Of a stretch of 64,000 nt of DNA, positions 13,632 to 26,812 are shown one piece after another; position 1 is the stretch's first letter; each line of letters begins with the position of its first letter. The stretch covers positions 39,031,880 to 39,095,879 of the forward strand of contig NC_068991.1 of assembly GCF_001194135.2 (NCBI RefSeq). The letters run 5' to 3'. The stretch is from Octopus bimaculoides (taxonomy: Eukaryota). The position numbers and the translations under genes are program-made. Below the pieces are notes generated by a model. The model saw nothing but the letters and a program-made list of their open reading frames with translations. It made no database searches and was not told the origin of the DNA.

Positions 13632-14468
13632 AACAACGAACAAGATGAGGACAAATATCCGTTGAATGTAAATAATGCACTAAGTCTGTATCATAGATCT
13701 AGAGGCCAGTCTCAGGTGGGCTGGGATAAAAAAATAAAAAAATCAGACAAAAACCCCCACTGCTCCTATACACTTACAAATGATTCAAGCAAACTTTTTA
13801 AAATGGTATATATTTTACAGTCAGACAAATTATTGAATGAATGTTTTAGTTCAGCTCCAAGAACCCCATTTTTTTTTTATCCTATAAAGGAAGATCAGAG
13901 TCAAATGAATCCATTTTATTTGTTTTTAGTTCCAAGTTAGCCTTGATCAAGCAGGTTATTGATCAAAACCATTGTGTTTGTGATCATCCTGTTTCCTGGC
14001 ACCACCCCTGGATAGTGTTCTAGGACTGTAGTGTCCAAGTCATATAGAATTTGAACTTGGAACCAAGGGAAGTTTAATATATAGGTAATTGGGTAATATT
14101 ATATAGGTAATTAACACTAAGTGTGAAAGTTTGGGCATATAATATATATCGAAAGTTGAATTCATATTAGAAAAAAATCATTTCTAGATTAACACTAACT
14201 TAAAAGACTTAAAATTGATTTATTACAAAATATGCATGTGCATGCAATCACACAAGATCAAACCCTCAATATGCCATTTGCAAATTGAAAGTGAATACAA
14301 TAATATTTTCACCAGTTGCAAAGTCCAAGCAACACTATCTAGGAAGGGTTTTCTGTCTAACTGCTTGAATTCAGTGTAGTAGCAGTGGTAAAGAGAATCC
14401 CCTCCTTCCCACTTCCTCATTACATCACTTTAGTAATATTTTTATTTTACTATAGCAAAAAACGGCTG

Positions 14469-14725
14469 CACTAGAGCTCACGCGAAAAAGCAATTTATCT
14501 AATTGGTTAACAACCACTAGAGCTCATATGTGAAAGCAATTTATGTGGCTGGTTAACGCCACAAGATCTCATGTGAGAATTTGGTTGATTATCAACCATT
14601 AAAGCTGAGGTGAAGTAATCTGGTTAGCTAACAAACAGAGGTTCATGTGAAGTAAACTGGTTGGTTAACAACCACTAAAATCTCATGTGAGAGAGCAATT
14701 TATGTGTTTGGCTAAGAACCACTAG
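14469..14725. repeat. Degenerate minisatellite, about 6 units of 37-47 bp
   Basis: Recurring cactagagctca..gtgaaagcaatttat...ggttaacaac units. Confidence 0.7.
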
Positions 14726-15811
14726 CATTTCAAATGTATCAGTTACCCAGACTAGATCAGTCACTGTACAAATTAACAGATTTATCACCAGGACTCCACA
14801 AAGATCTATTATTCAATATAAGGAATTTGGAGTACAGCTGTCATGATTCATAGTGACTTTAAGAAATAAAAGATTTTTTTTTCCTAAGAACTGAGTATAT
14901 TTTTCCAATATTAGTAGAGTTTGGGCAAATCAGAAAACAACAGTCTAATACTTAGTTTGTAGCAACTTGCATGTGGAGTTAATTTTCAACCAAATTGACT
15001 TTACTGTTTATCTTGTAAGAATAGATCAAATGTTAGCTACATCCAACTTATTGTACCCACTATACTTCAAAAAGTGCATTTTGTTTGCTCATTGTACATT
15101 AATTTTTCCATGCTAGCATGAGTTAGATGAATATATTACTGAGACATTGTTTTACAGCCAGATGTTTCTGCTGTTAATCCATATTTGTTTATAAGCAAAG
15201 GATTTCTTATTCCCCAAATTTTTGAAGGTACAATGCTAATGGTTAATTTCTTGACTCGGATGCTTGTAGCTCAGCAATTTTCAGAGTAATGCATATGTAA
15301 ACACACACACATCTTTTACAGCTGCCTACCAAATTTACCCATAAGGATTTGGTCAGCCCAGGAAGAAACATGCCCAAGGTGCTGCACAGTGTGATTGAAC
15401 CTGAAAAGCAAACTTCTTAATCATACAGCCATGCTTGCACCTGTAGAAAAAATTCTTTTGTAATTGAAACTGACACTTGGGGTAGGCACGGTTGAGTGGT
15501 TAAGAAGTTTGCATTGCAAACTATATGGTTTCAGGTTCTGTCCGACAGCAAGGCACTTTCGATAAGTGTCTCCTACTATAGCCCCAGGATAACCAATGCC
15601 TTGTGAATGAAGTTGGGAGACAAACTGAAGAAGCTCATTGGGTGTATATATGGGTGTGTGTTCATATACCTATAACCACTTGACAACTGGTGTTATGTTT
15701 ACATCCCTGTAACTTAGCAGTTCAGTAAAAGAAGACTGACAGAATAAGTACCAGACTTAAAAAGTACTGGGGTTGATCTGTTTGACTAAACCCTTCAAGT
15801 AGAAAGTAAGA

Positions 15812-15866
<55 letters not shown>

Positions 15867-18800
15867 GCAAAATGAAACTGTCAGCTGGTGCTTTATTTTC
15901 CTCATTCATTGAAAGTGATTATTAGCTCAGCAGCTCTAGGAACTGTTCCATCTAGTGCCCTAGAATAGATGTCCATAAAAGATGGGAGTATGGTAAGATC
16001 AGTATGATTGCCTCCATTGACCAATAAACTTTTAGTGCTTTGAACATGAGTCCTTCTGGATATGTTGTGTTTATTCTTTTAGTTGTCTCAATTTCTGATG
16101 CAAATCCAGCTCACAAGTAATGCAAATGTTTAGACACACACACAAAGTAATCTTCATTTTTTGTTTCAGACATTAGACTGCAGCCATGCTGGGGCATAAC
16201 CTTGAAGAATTTGTAGTTGAAGGAATCGAACCAAGTACCTTTTTTTTTTTTTTTTTTAGTTTGGTACTTTGGGTTTCTTTCAGTTTCCATCTAGCAAATT
16301 CACTCAAGGATTTGGTTGGCCAGAGGCTATAGTAGACACTTGCCCAAGATGCCACACAATGAGACTAAACTTGGAACCATGTGGTTGGGCAACAAACATA
16401 AGTTTATGTGGTTGAAAAGCTCTATATTGCAATAAAATTACAGAATTGCCATCCACTTAAATGCAAATTAGGCATAAAATTGGAACATTTACAGTGTTTG
16501 ATCTAAAATATATGAAAGTTTGTCTTCATGAGAAAGAAAAAAAATTAAATTTATGGTCCTATATCTAACTATCCAGGAATTAAAACATATCAAAACCCAA
16601 TAAGGCTTTAAAAAATCAATGGCCTTATAAGGCTGAGAATCAATTACTGAATAGAATAAGTATATTGAGGAATTTCTCTTAAATGTCCAGATGCTCATTC
16701 TTCAGTTAGGTATATTTAAATTAAATATCCTGTTCGGAATGACTATAAAAACACTTGCAGTGAAGTAGGTCATCACAATTCATGGACCAATAATATGACA
16801 AAGCCTATCCAATCTATATGAAGACAAAATGAAAGAAACTAATAAAGCCCATAAAAGAAAATGTAGAAAGATGTTACATCTAGAATGAAAGAAGCAAGAG
16901 GAAGGGAGAGTGAGAGAGGGGGGAGCTTGTGCATAATTTAATTGCACAAATGTATAAATAATTAGATGAAAAAAATGGTGTGTATATGTGCATGTGCTAA
17001 CTAGAGTTGTAATCTAATAGTTGTAAAAGCCTACTCAGATTTAGATTTACTGCATACTAGAATTTAATAATATATCAAATTCAAAAATATAAAATTGCAC
17101 TCACTCTCACACAATTATTACAACTAAAGTTACAAATTTCAATGGCGGAAAGAGGAAGACATGCAGCATAATGTCTTATATTAAAAACTGAAAATTTCAC
17201 AAGCATTAAGAGAGCTTCAGATAAGTTGCTTGTTCTAATGATCAATCTAACACCATAACAGCTTTAAAATGGAGACCATCTGTTTTTTTTAAAAAAGGTT
17301 TCAACTTAAACATCGATCACATTAAAGATGGTTGTTAATTATTCTAAATTTTCAAAGGGTGTGGCTTTAAGCATTGTTCAATTTTCCTCTAATTACCAGT
17401 GAAGGAATGAGCTGCTTCATATTGCAGATGAAAAAAAAGACCTCATTCTGAATGCCTGTAGTCAGCTGAAGAAGAAAAAAAAAGTTCCACACAGCACTGA
17501 GGCAATGACCTCATTAAAAGAGCCATTTTCCATTGGAGATTTCCTCCTCTGGGTCTCACTACTTTTGTCAAGTCATTCCACTGCCGTCTTAAATATACTG
17601 TTATTCACTCTGTAATAAGTCTACATATCACTAACAATAACTACTAAAATATGTCAGTCTTAGACTTAAAAAAAAAAAAAAAGACTCTTCCAAGGTGGGA
17701 GGGTATGCGTGTTTCTCTCCCTCTCTACAAATAGTACCACTTCTGTTATTTCTAAATTCTACTAATATAGTATTGAAACCCAAGATCATTAATCTGGTTC
17801 ATATCATTACATTTGTCGAAGTCAGATGTCCTGATGGCCAAAAATCTTCAGCAAATTTTACTACCCTGATTCAACAAAATCTCCAAATTAGTTTTGTTTA
17901 GGATAACAAAGCCATTTTCTGTAAGCCATAAACTATTAATTCTTTACTTCAATTCCAATATACTTAGTTTATTAAAACTAAATTTAGGATTTTGAAATAA
18001 TGCAAACTGAAATAATGGCCATGGAAAATTAATCAAAAACATCATCAGTAGCCCCAATCAAACACAGAATTTTAACTTAACCATCAACATCTATATATTA
18101 TGTATACATAGAAATGTAACACTTTTAGAGAAAATATATGACCCCCTCAGATTTCTGTATACTTGTTCTAGATCGAAAATAAAAAAAAGCTATAAAAAAT
18201 TTCAGATACTAATAATCATATAATGTATGAGCTAATATATGAATAAATAATGGTACTGTTCATTTTCAGTTGTTTTTCCATGCTAGCATGGGTTAGACAA
18301 ATGTTATAGAGGAATTGTTTAACCCTTACTTGTTTTTCAAGTAAAGAATCTCTTATTTCATGTATCTTTTGAATGTAGGAAGCAAGTAGATCATTTCTTG
18401 AAAGAGCAGTGACAACAACAACTGCTCATATCAAGCAACTATCAAAGAGTAGCAAATGTAAACACACACAAAATGGGCTTCTTTTAGTTTCTTTTAGTTT
18501 CTACCAAACATATTTACAAGGGTTTGGTTGGCCTCCAGGGCTATTGTAGAAGACACTTGCATTGAGTGCTGCACAGTGAGATTAAACCAGAAGTTGTGGT
18601 TGGGAAGAGAATTTCAGTCAAAATAAATTGAAAATAGATTGACCCAAAAACGAATCAAGGAATGCATATCAAAATAAAAATACAAAGATTTTCTTACCCA
18701 TGAGATACAATTAAGAATCTGTGAGATAAATGAATGTATACACATACACACAGAAAAGAAATGCTCCACACTTCAGATTTATTTATAATACATAGTGTTC

Positions 18801-20447
18801 TTTATGGCAACTACAAGAGTATATAAACGAGCCTGCTTTGAGTAAATATCTCATTTATCATCTCACTGATGAAGTGAATTTTTTTAAAACATGCATTTAT
18901 CTCACATAAACACTTGGGTTGAGAATGAAAAATAAAACTTTTGATATGATTTACTTTGTCTATTCCATTCACATTATATATACACACACACACACATATA
19001 ATTACATAAATAAACCCAATTATCAGTCTAGCCACACATTAAGTTTATTTCGCTCTTTCCACAGACATTGCACAAATATACATTCTCAATATATTTACTG
19101 AACATTTACAGGTATAACTTCAATTGCAACATTTAAATTTTATATCCAAAATTGGGAAGGTCTCATTACAGAGAATTCTATCATTAAGGAGTGTTTGTGC
19201 AAATATCTCTTTGTAGTCTTACTGCTGAAATAAACTGAGTTGCTTTTTGCATGCATTTCTCTCATAGAAACATAGTTGTGTCCAAAGTTTAAAATATATT
19301 TTTAATCTTTTTCTACTAGTTTTCTTGACAGAAGCCAAGCTGGGACACAGATTTCAATAGTTTAGTCATATTCATCCTCCCAACAGGACTTATTTCATCA
19401 ACATTTTTTCTCAACTTACTAAATTACACATTTTGAAAACAACACTTATCTAAATACAGATACACACACATATGAACTTCTGTATAGAGTCCATTTACCA
19501 AATTCCACTCACAAATTACTACTCAATCCAAAGCTCTAGCAGATGCCTTTCAGTGAAATTGAACTAACATAACTGCAATATCAGTGATAGGTAAATTGTA
19601 TTTGTTAATGTTGGACATTTGTCTAATCTGACGATTTTGCAATTCCTGTTGTCCATGAGGCAAACATACACAAATTCCTTGGGCTTCTCAGGTTGTAGCT
19701 AAAGACTATGAATTAGGTGGTAGCATTGTCTTAGAATTTTATAAATTATGTTTTATGGTACTCTGTAAATTTCCAGCAGTCTTATAGATTACTAATCAAC
19801 CATGGAATTTTCATGAACACTCATTACATCAAATTTTGTTCCATAGTTAAAGGATTACATACATAGACTGTAGCAAAGTAAAACAATTATATAAAGGGTA
19901 AAGGACCCCTTTGGTCATGGATAACCATGGGACTGCACCTAGAAAGTTACCCTCCAAGGCATAATCCAGGCAAGGTTGTTTAGGGAAGATCAGCAGTCGC
20001 CCATGCATACCAGCCTCCCCTCTCCACACCACCAATGTTATCCAAAGGAAAGGCAAAAGCCAACACAGCTTAGCACTAGTAATGTTGCAACTCATTTCTA
20101 CAGCTGAGTGAACTGGAGCAATGTGACAAAGTTTCTTGCTCAAGAACACAACACACAGCCTGGTCCAGGAATTGAACTCACTACCTCATGATTGTGCTCT
20201 GGACTGGAGGAATTGTTAAGGCATTGAACCAAACGCTTTGCTATATTTGTTCCAACTCTTATGTTCAGAGTTCAAATCATGCTGAAGTCAAGTGCTTTTA
20301 ATCTTTCTGAGATCAATTCAGTGTGACTTACATAATTAACTGCTTCCACCCAACAAATTTGAGGCCATGTGCCTTATGAAATGAAGGTGTAAGAAAAAAA
20401 AAAAAAGCCTAATCTACACCAACATAGAATAATCTATTATATATATA

Positions 20448-21400
20448 TCATCATCATCAATATCGTTTAATGTCTGCTTTCCAAGCTGACATGGGTTGGA
20501 TAGTTTGACTGAGGACTGGCAAGCCACAAGGCTGCACCAGGCTCCAATCTGATCTGGCAAGGTTTCTACAGCTGGATGCCTTCCCTAACGCCAACCACTC
20601 AAAGTGTAGTGGGTGCTTTTTACGTGCTACCGGCACGGGGGCCAGTCAGGTGGCACTGGCATCAACCACATTTGAGTGGTGCTTTTTATGTGCCAGTGGC
20701 ATCAGTCATGACTATGATTTCGCTCAACTCATCAGGTCTTCTCAAGCACAGCATAACTGCACAACAAATGAAGATTATGCAACACTGGCATCAGCCATGA
20801 TCTCGCTTGACTTGCCAGGTCTTCTCAACCACAGCATATCTCCATGGGTCTCGGATGCTTTCCATTGCCTCTGTGAGGCCCAACGTTTGAAGGTCGTGCT
20901 TTACCTCATCCCATGTCTTCTTGGGTCTACCTCTTCCACAGGTTCCTTCCACTGTTAGGGTGTGACACTTTTTCACACAGCTGTCCTCATCCATACACAA
21001 AACATGATCATACCAGCACAGTCATCTCTCTTGCACACCACATCTGATGCTTTTTGTGTCCAACTTTTCTCTCAGTGCTAACACTCTGTTGTATATGCAC
21101 ACTGACATTACACATCCAGCAGAGCATACTAGCTTCATTTTTTTCAAGCCTGTGCATGTCCTCAGCAGTCACAGCACATATTTCACTGCTGTGTAGCATG
21201 GGTGTTTGCGCACAAGCATCATACAGTATCTTTCACTCTGAGCGAGAGGCCCTTTGTTACCAGCAGAGGTAGGAGCTCCCTGAACTTTGCCCAGGCTATT
21301 CTTATTTTGGCAGCTACACTCTCAGAGCATCCACCCTTGCTACTGGCTTGGTCACCTAGGAAACGGAAGCTATCAACTACTTCTAGTTTTCCCCCCTGGC
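20448..21400 (-). mobile_element. RTE-clade LINE 3' fragment (same family as 2.9-4.7 kb)
   Basis: KLEVVDSFRFLGDQ...IRIAWAKFRELLPLL, MLHSSEICAVTAEDM, VEGTCGRGRPKKTWDE, plus the same 3' tail. Confidence 0.9.
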
Positions 21401-21405
21401 ATGTG

Positions 21406-21440
<35 letters not shown>

Positions 21441-21895
21441 CACACACACACACACACATATTATATACACCTTTAGCTATTCTGGGGTGTGCTTTCAAGT
21501 GATTTAGACAATCATATCAACCCAGTATTAGCTCTTGTTCACTATTTACTTGGCCCATCTCTCTAGATCAAGTCAACTGAACACAAAATGAAGAACGGAT
21601 AGAGGTAGGTCAAATCAAATCTGCTAATTCTAGCTATGAAAGAATCCAACAAATTTGCAAACTTAAAACCAAAGCTGTTACAATTCTCCTTCATATATTA
21701 TCTTTAAATGTATGTTACATGATTATATATCTAATTAGTGTTTTCCATCTAGCAAGTGCTCATGATAACCACCTAATTATAATTATCAGTTAGGTTGAGC
21801 AAGGCAACAATGTTGCTTCAGGGGATAAATGTATTGCTAGATGAAGGTCAAGCTTCAGAAGGCCACATGTTTAAGTGGGGTTTGTAAAGTGATCA

Positions 21896-22532
21896 CAGTG
21901 CTATCTTGACTTACAAGTGTCCCAACTAACAAGTTTTTCGAGATATGAGCCGTCTCTCAGCTGATTTTTTGCTTTGAGTTGCGAGCCAGCTTCTGACACC
22001 CCACCGCTATGAATGCCATAGGTAGACAGACATGTATGTTAGCAAGTGCAAAGATCATTAGTAGATCAATAGCTAGACATACATGAGCGTTAGCAAGTGC
22101 GAAGATCACTAGTGGATCATTAGCTAGATGGGTGGTAAAATGCTTACTAAGCAGTTGCAGGATACAGAAGCATAAGTGTTGTGCTCGCAATTATTTTGCA
22201 AAACTTCATTTTTCCAACCATGGGTCCAAATAAAGTGAGTGTGAAGGACGGTGGTGAGAAGAAGCGGATGATGGGCATTGAATTAAAGAAAGAAATTATT
22301 GAAAAACATGACCAAGGTAGACTTGGCAAAGCAGTACAAGCATAGCACTTCCATGATCTGCACCATACTGAAGCAGACAGAATTGATAAAGGCTATAATG
22401 CCAGCCAGGGGGTGGGGCAGAGCAGATTAATGGCATTTCAATTCATTTCTATGGAGAAAATTGATTTGACATACGAGTAATATGAGTTACAAGCTCCGTC
22501 ACAAATTAAACTCCTAAGTCAAGGCACCACTG
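21896..22532 (+). mobile_element. Internally deleted Tigger/pogo-type DNA transposon
   Basis: TIRs CAGTGCTATCTTGACTTA and CAGTGGTGCCTTGACTTA (15/18), TA on the right and CA on the left. From 22220 it reads MGPNKVSVKDGGEKKRMMGIELKKEIIEKHDQG / VDLAKQYKHSTSMICTILKQ (psq/CENP-B HTH) with a frameshift. Confidence 0.85.
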
Positions 22533-25500
22533 TACTTCAAAAATCCGAAAACCTTTTGCCAGCCTTTGACATGATTCACAAATATTATCTGTGGAGACAT
22601 TAAAATCAGTTGTAAAACGATAAAGCTCCAACTTGTAAAAAAAAGAATAAGTTAATTTGCAAAAAAGGAGGGGAAAAAAATTGAAGGAAAAGGTTGAGGA
22701 GGAGGGACTGAAAAGCCTGAACAATCAAGAGAGTAGAATATACAGAAAATATTGGAATTATGAAGTGGGTTTTTTTTGTTTTTTTTTTCAAGATTAAGAC
22801 AGAACCAAGTATGGTTGTAGTCTTTGTCTAGCCTGTCTGTGTTATAAAACATAATTGAATATCTGACCAGGTAAACTATTGTTAGCATAGCAATGTTCTG
22901 AGACTTAAATCAAAAGATGCTCACTGCAGAGTAATCCAGTAATGCAGCCACCTGACAATGTGGGATGACCCCTAACATTGACCCCTAACAATGAGCAGGT
23001 TGCTCTATTTAAAGGATTGTAGAGATCTTAATGCTACATTAATCTCTTCAACTTAATAACTTGAATATTTCCTGCACCTTCTATTCTCTCTTTGTATAAT
23101 TTCTTTTTAAACAATATGCTTGTGAGTTCAAACCTTGCCCACATCCAATTTTCATTCAGCATTTTGAGATCAACTATATACCACCGAAGGTGGAACTACT
23201 GCAAGGCCACTAATCCAATGATAAACTAGTAAGAGAATAGTATAACTACTTTGAAAAGCAAATGAGGTTTATATGAAAACATCCAATTCATTTTAGATTT
23301 GTTAAACAAACAAGGGATCTACAGATAAATTAGGTAAAGTATATGCAAAATGGAAGTGAGCTCATTTGCCACAACTAGAATAAGAGTTAACTGATTAAAC
23401 ATTTTTAAATTAGAAATTATCTTTGATCTCAGTGCCATAATATCAAACAGTTCCAGAGATTATTCCAGTGTGCCTGCAATACAGATAAACCAGTCATTCT
23501 TTACATCAGGATTAATAGTTTTGCAAAACTGTTTGATGTATACTTAGCAGTGTGACACCAAACTCACTCACAATTATATTCAACACATTCTCCCAGTTAT
23601 ATATCTAATCTATTGTAATTCATTTATATTTCAATGTTATATAACATTTCTCCATAAAGCAACTTTCATAGAGAAATTCTTGCATAATAAATAACAGTTT
23701 GTAACAGTGGGATTGATGGCATTATTTCAAGCACTATTGAGAGAGAGAATGCGTGTGGAGTGGAGTCCATCCTTGTAGTGATATTACATGATTGTAGTAC
23801 ACAAGAACCACTGTTTGTTTCCAGTCTTCTGTGAAAAGTAACTGGCCATGGAAACAGATGAGGGCTGGAGAAAGAAAGGGCATCTGGGCATTGAAAAAAT
23901 CTACCTCAACAAATCCTGTTCAATCCATACAAGCAAGGAAAAGTGGACATTAAAGTGATGGCGATGATCAAATATCCTATGGACACATATTCCTCAGCTT
24001 TGTAGATTACTGAGAATTGGAGACAGATCTTTGATAAAGACTGGCTGAAATTTAAACTCACAGCATCAACTGTCACCTACAAGTTGTTTGCAAAATAACA
24101 CAAATAGTCAAATAGTTTTAGTCTTTCTATTGTTCACTTGACTATAACAGGAGAAATTTAAAAATAGAAATTCCTCTTAAAGAAGGGATGCACATATGAC
24201 TGCAGTGTAGTGTGCTTATATTTGCTAAATGTCTAAACATGCTTAACCCTAAATCAGTCAAATGTAACACAAAGGATGTGATCAAATGTGACAAAGTATT
24301 GAGCATCATTTGTTAAAACAGTTCAATAGAGTCAATGGGTGAGACGCACTGATCCTTCAAAATCAATCTGATTTTGGATGATCAGTGTGCCCTGTACCAC
24401 TTAAGCTTTCTTGCTAAGAAGATGCATAGAAACAATATTGGTTTCAAATTTTGGAACAAGGCCAGCAATTTTGGTGGATGGGAGTAAATCAATTACATCA
24501 ACCCCAGTGCTCAACTTGTACTTATTTTATCAACTCTGAAAGGATGAAAGGTAAAGTTGACCTAGGCAGAATTTGAACTCAGAATGTAAGGAAGGAAAGA
24601 AATGCCACTAAGCATTTTGCCCAGCATGCTGGTGATTCTGCCAGCTTGCCACCTTACATAGAAATATAATATTAGAAATTATTTATCTACAAATAGCACA
24701 TGGAGTCACAAAATTTGACCTCAATTTGACATGTTAATCTTTGTACTAGTCACCATAATCAGCAGCTGTGGAACTACAGCATAAAAGATTTACAGCACCA
24801 ATAGTATCTTTCACTTATTTCAGTCATTAGACTATGGCCATGCCAGGGTACTGCCTTGAATTCTTTTTAGGCCTTGTACTTATTCTATCAGTGTCTTTTG
24901 CCAAACCACTAAGTCATGTGGACATAAATACATCAATACCAGTTGTCAAGCAGCAAAGGAAGGAGAGTCACATACACACACACAAATTTCCAGCTACCAA
25001 ATCCACTCACAAGGCTTTGAGCAGTCTGAGCTATAGCAGAAGACACTTGGCCAAGGTGCCATGCAGTGGGACTAAACTCAGAATCATATGGTTGTAAAGC
25101 AAACCTCTTAGCAATCACACCTGTATCTATATATAAAAGGTTGAAAATATGTTCAAAAGATGTTTTCAACAAACAACCTTGACTGGCAAAAGAAAAAGAC
25201 TGAACCAGATTCAAGGTGGTGCTAAACTGTTTGAGACTGGAAATTAGTATTGTCTTATTGACAAAGTGTTTACTGGAAATTAATTCAATTCCAACACTGC
25301 AGTTGAAAGTCTAAGATACTGCCTCCACTAATAACACCAAATGTAACTTATTAATACATAAAACAATTTTTCTCAAGCCAACAAGAAGGCTTATACAAGG
25401 TCACTGCCTGCTAGATATAGCAGTCAAGCCTCTCAAAACACTATTGTATTTACAAAAAAAGAATAAAGCAATACTGGGGGCTAAACAGCAAATTCTTTCT

Positions 25501-26444
25501 CCACTAAAAATATGGGCTCCAAACCAAGGGATAATGTAAATTTAAGAAAAAGATATGTTTTATAGATATATATGAAGGATTGGTAGAATTATAGACAACT
25601 GAAAAAGTATTTGCATATTCAGTGTTCAAACCCAGCTCAATTTAATAAAACAAATATTTTATCCAACAGGAATTAATAGACATTGTTAGCAAGAGTGTGT
25701 GTAGTACAAGGACATCTAAACACTCAGCTTTCAGTAATTTAGATATAATAAATGTCAGAAGACTTTAAACTTTGAACATCTAAATACAAAAGAAACTGAA
25801 AATTTATATCTTATTATTTTTAATAGTTTCACTTATAGGGTTGTGGCCATGGTGGACCATCACCTTGAAGAGTTTTAGTCAAAACAAATGGACCCAGTCT
25901 GGTACTTATTCTATCAGCCTCTTTTACCAGACCACTACAGTACATGGATGTAAACAAGTCAACACCAGTTGTCCAGCAGTGTTAAGAGGGCAAACAGATA
26001 TATTTTTTCAGTTTTGATATTTCAAAAATGATAAAATGGATATTTTCACATTGCTGTCTTGACAGATATAACAGAACCATATTACCAATCAATAAGTCAA
26101 AGGCATAACCTGCAAGTCCCAGTTTCAGAGTTCTGGAGATGTCAACCGCAGAAACAAACCATACTTTGTAGACTTAAATAGCAGGCGTACATAGCAGTAA
26201 CTTGAGAAATTTGACAGAAACTCAAAAGTAACACATTTGGTAAGCAAAGAATTGCTGCAAATTTAGTAACATAGCAAAACTTGACGAAGAAGTTACTGAG
26301 GAGGATCACTATTAGAGTTTTGCTAAACTCCCAGCAACTCAAACTATTCTCTATCTCTCTCTCATATACACACACACAGCATAAAGCAAAGAAGAATTTT
26401 ACTGGCTAGTATTGATTGGCACAAATATGGATGTAGACAGTTGC

Positions 26445-26812
26445 ATACAGAAGTGCTGATCACTTCAAGTGGATGAACTTGTGGAAGAGGGAGACCAAGA
26501 AAGACATGGGATGAAATATTGAGGGCCAATCTTAGCCTTACGATGGAGGTGTCTAAGGACCGAGATATCTGGTGTATTGCTGTACTCAAGAAGACCCATC
26601 TACCACAGCAGAATTGATACTGGTACTGGTACCACATATGAAGAAGAAAAAAAACACCTCGCACACTCTGTGGAATGGTTGGCATTAAGGGCATCCAGTC
26701 ATAGAAATCATGCCAGAACAGACAATAGAGTCTGGTGTGGCCCTTAGCCATACCAGTTCCAGTCAAACTGTTCAACCCAGGCCAGCATGGAAAACAGATG
26801 TTAAATGATAAT
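26445..26812 (+). mobile_element. RTE LINE 3' end
   Basis: GRGRPRKTWDE-type coding remnant followed by the ggcattaagggcatccag...ccagcatggaaaacagatgttaaatgat tail. Confidence 0.75.

Larger units (their letters stand above)
12138..13677 (+). mobile_element. 5'-truncated Penelope-like retroelement (RT + GIY-YIG) with inverted 5' segment and 3' terminal repeat
   Basis: RT motifs GLAMGSPLSPVIATIYME, *YVDDTF and QLAFLDVLI; thumb TGRYLNFNFHHPYSVKRGI; linker VCLPYVKGLSEKI; GIY-YIG CVYSIPCSCRRLYKGET. Stops and frameshifts throughout. 12138-12255 encodes upstream RT (VSLDVISLFTKVP) on the minus strand. Confidence 0.93.

Noticed and set aside
13557-13940. Independent 127-aa host gene
   Set aside because: The first 40 codons are the PLE terminal repeat and the remainder is read-through into flanking DNA.
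14469-14725. CRISPR-like array
   Set aside because: Eukaryotic context, degenerate units, no constant repeat with unique spacers and no cas genes.
17690-17900. Additional ZFAND3 exon
   Set aside because: No consistent splice sites; stops occur in all minus-strand frames.
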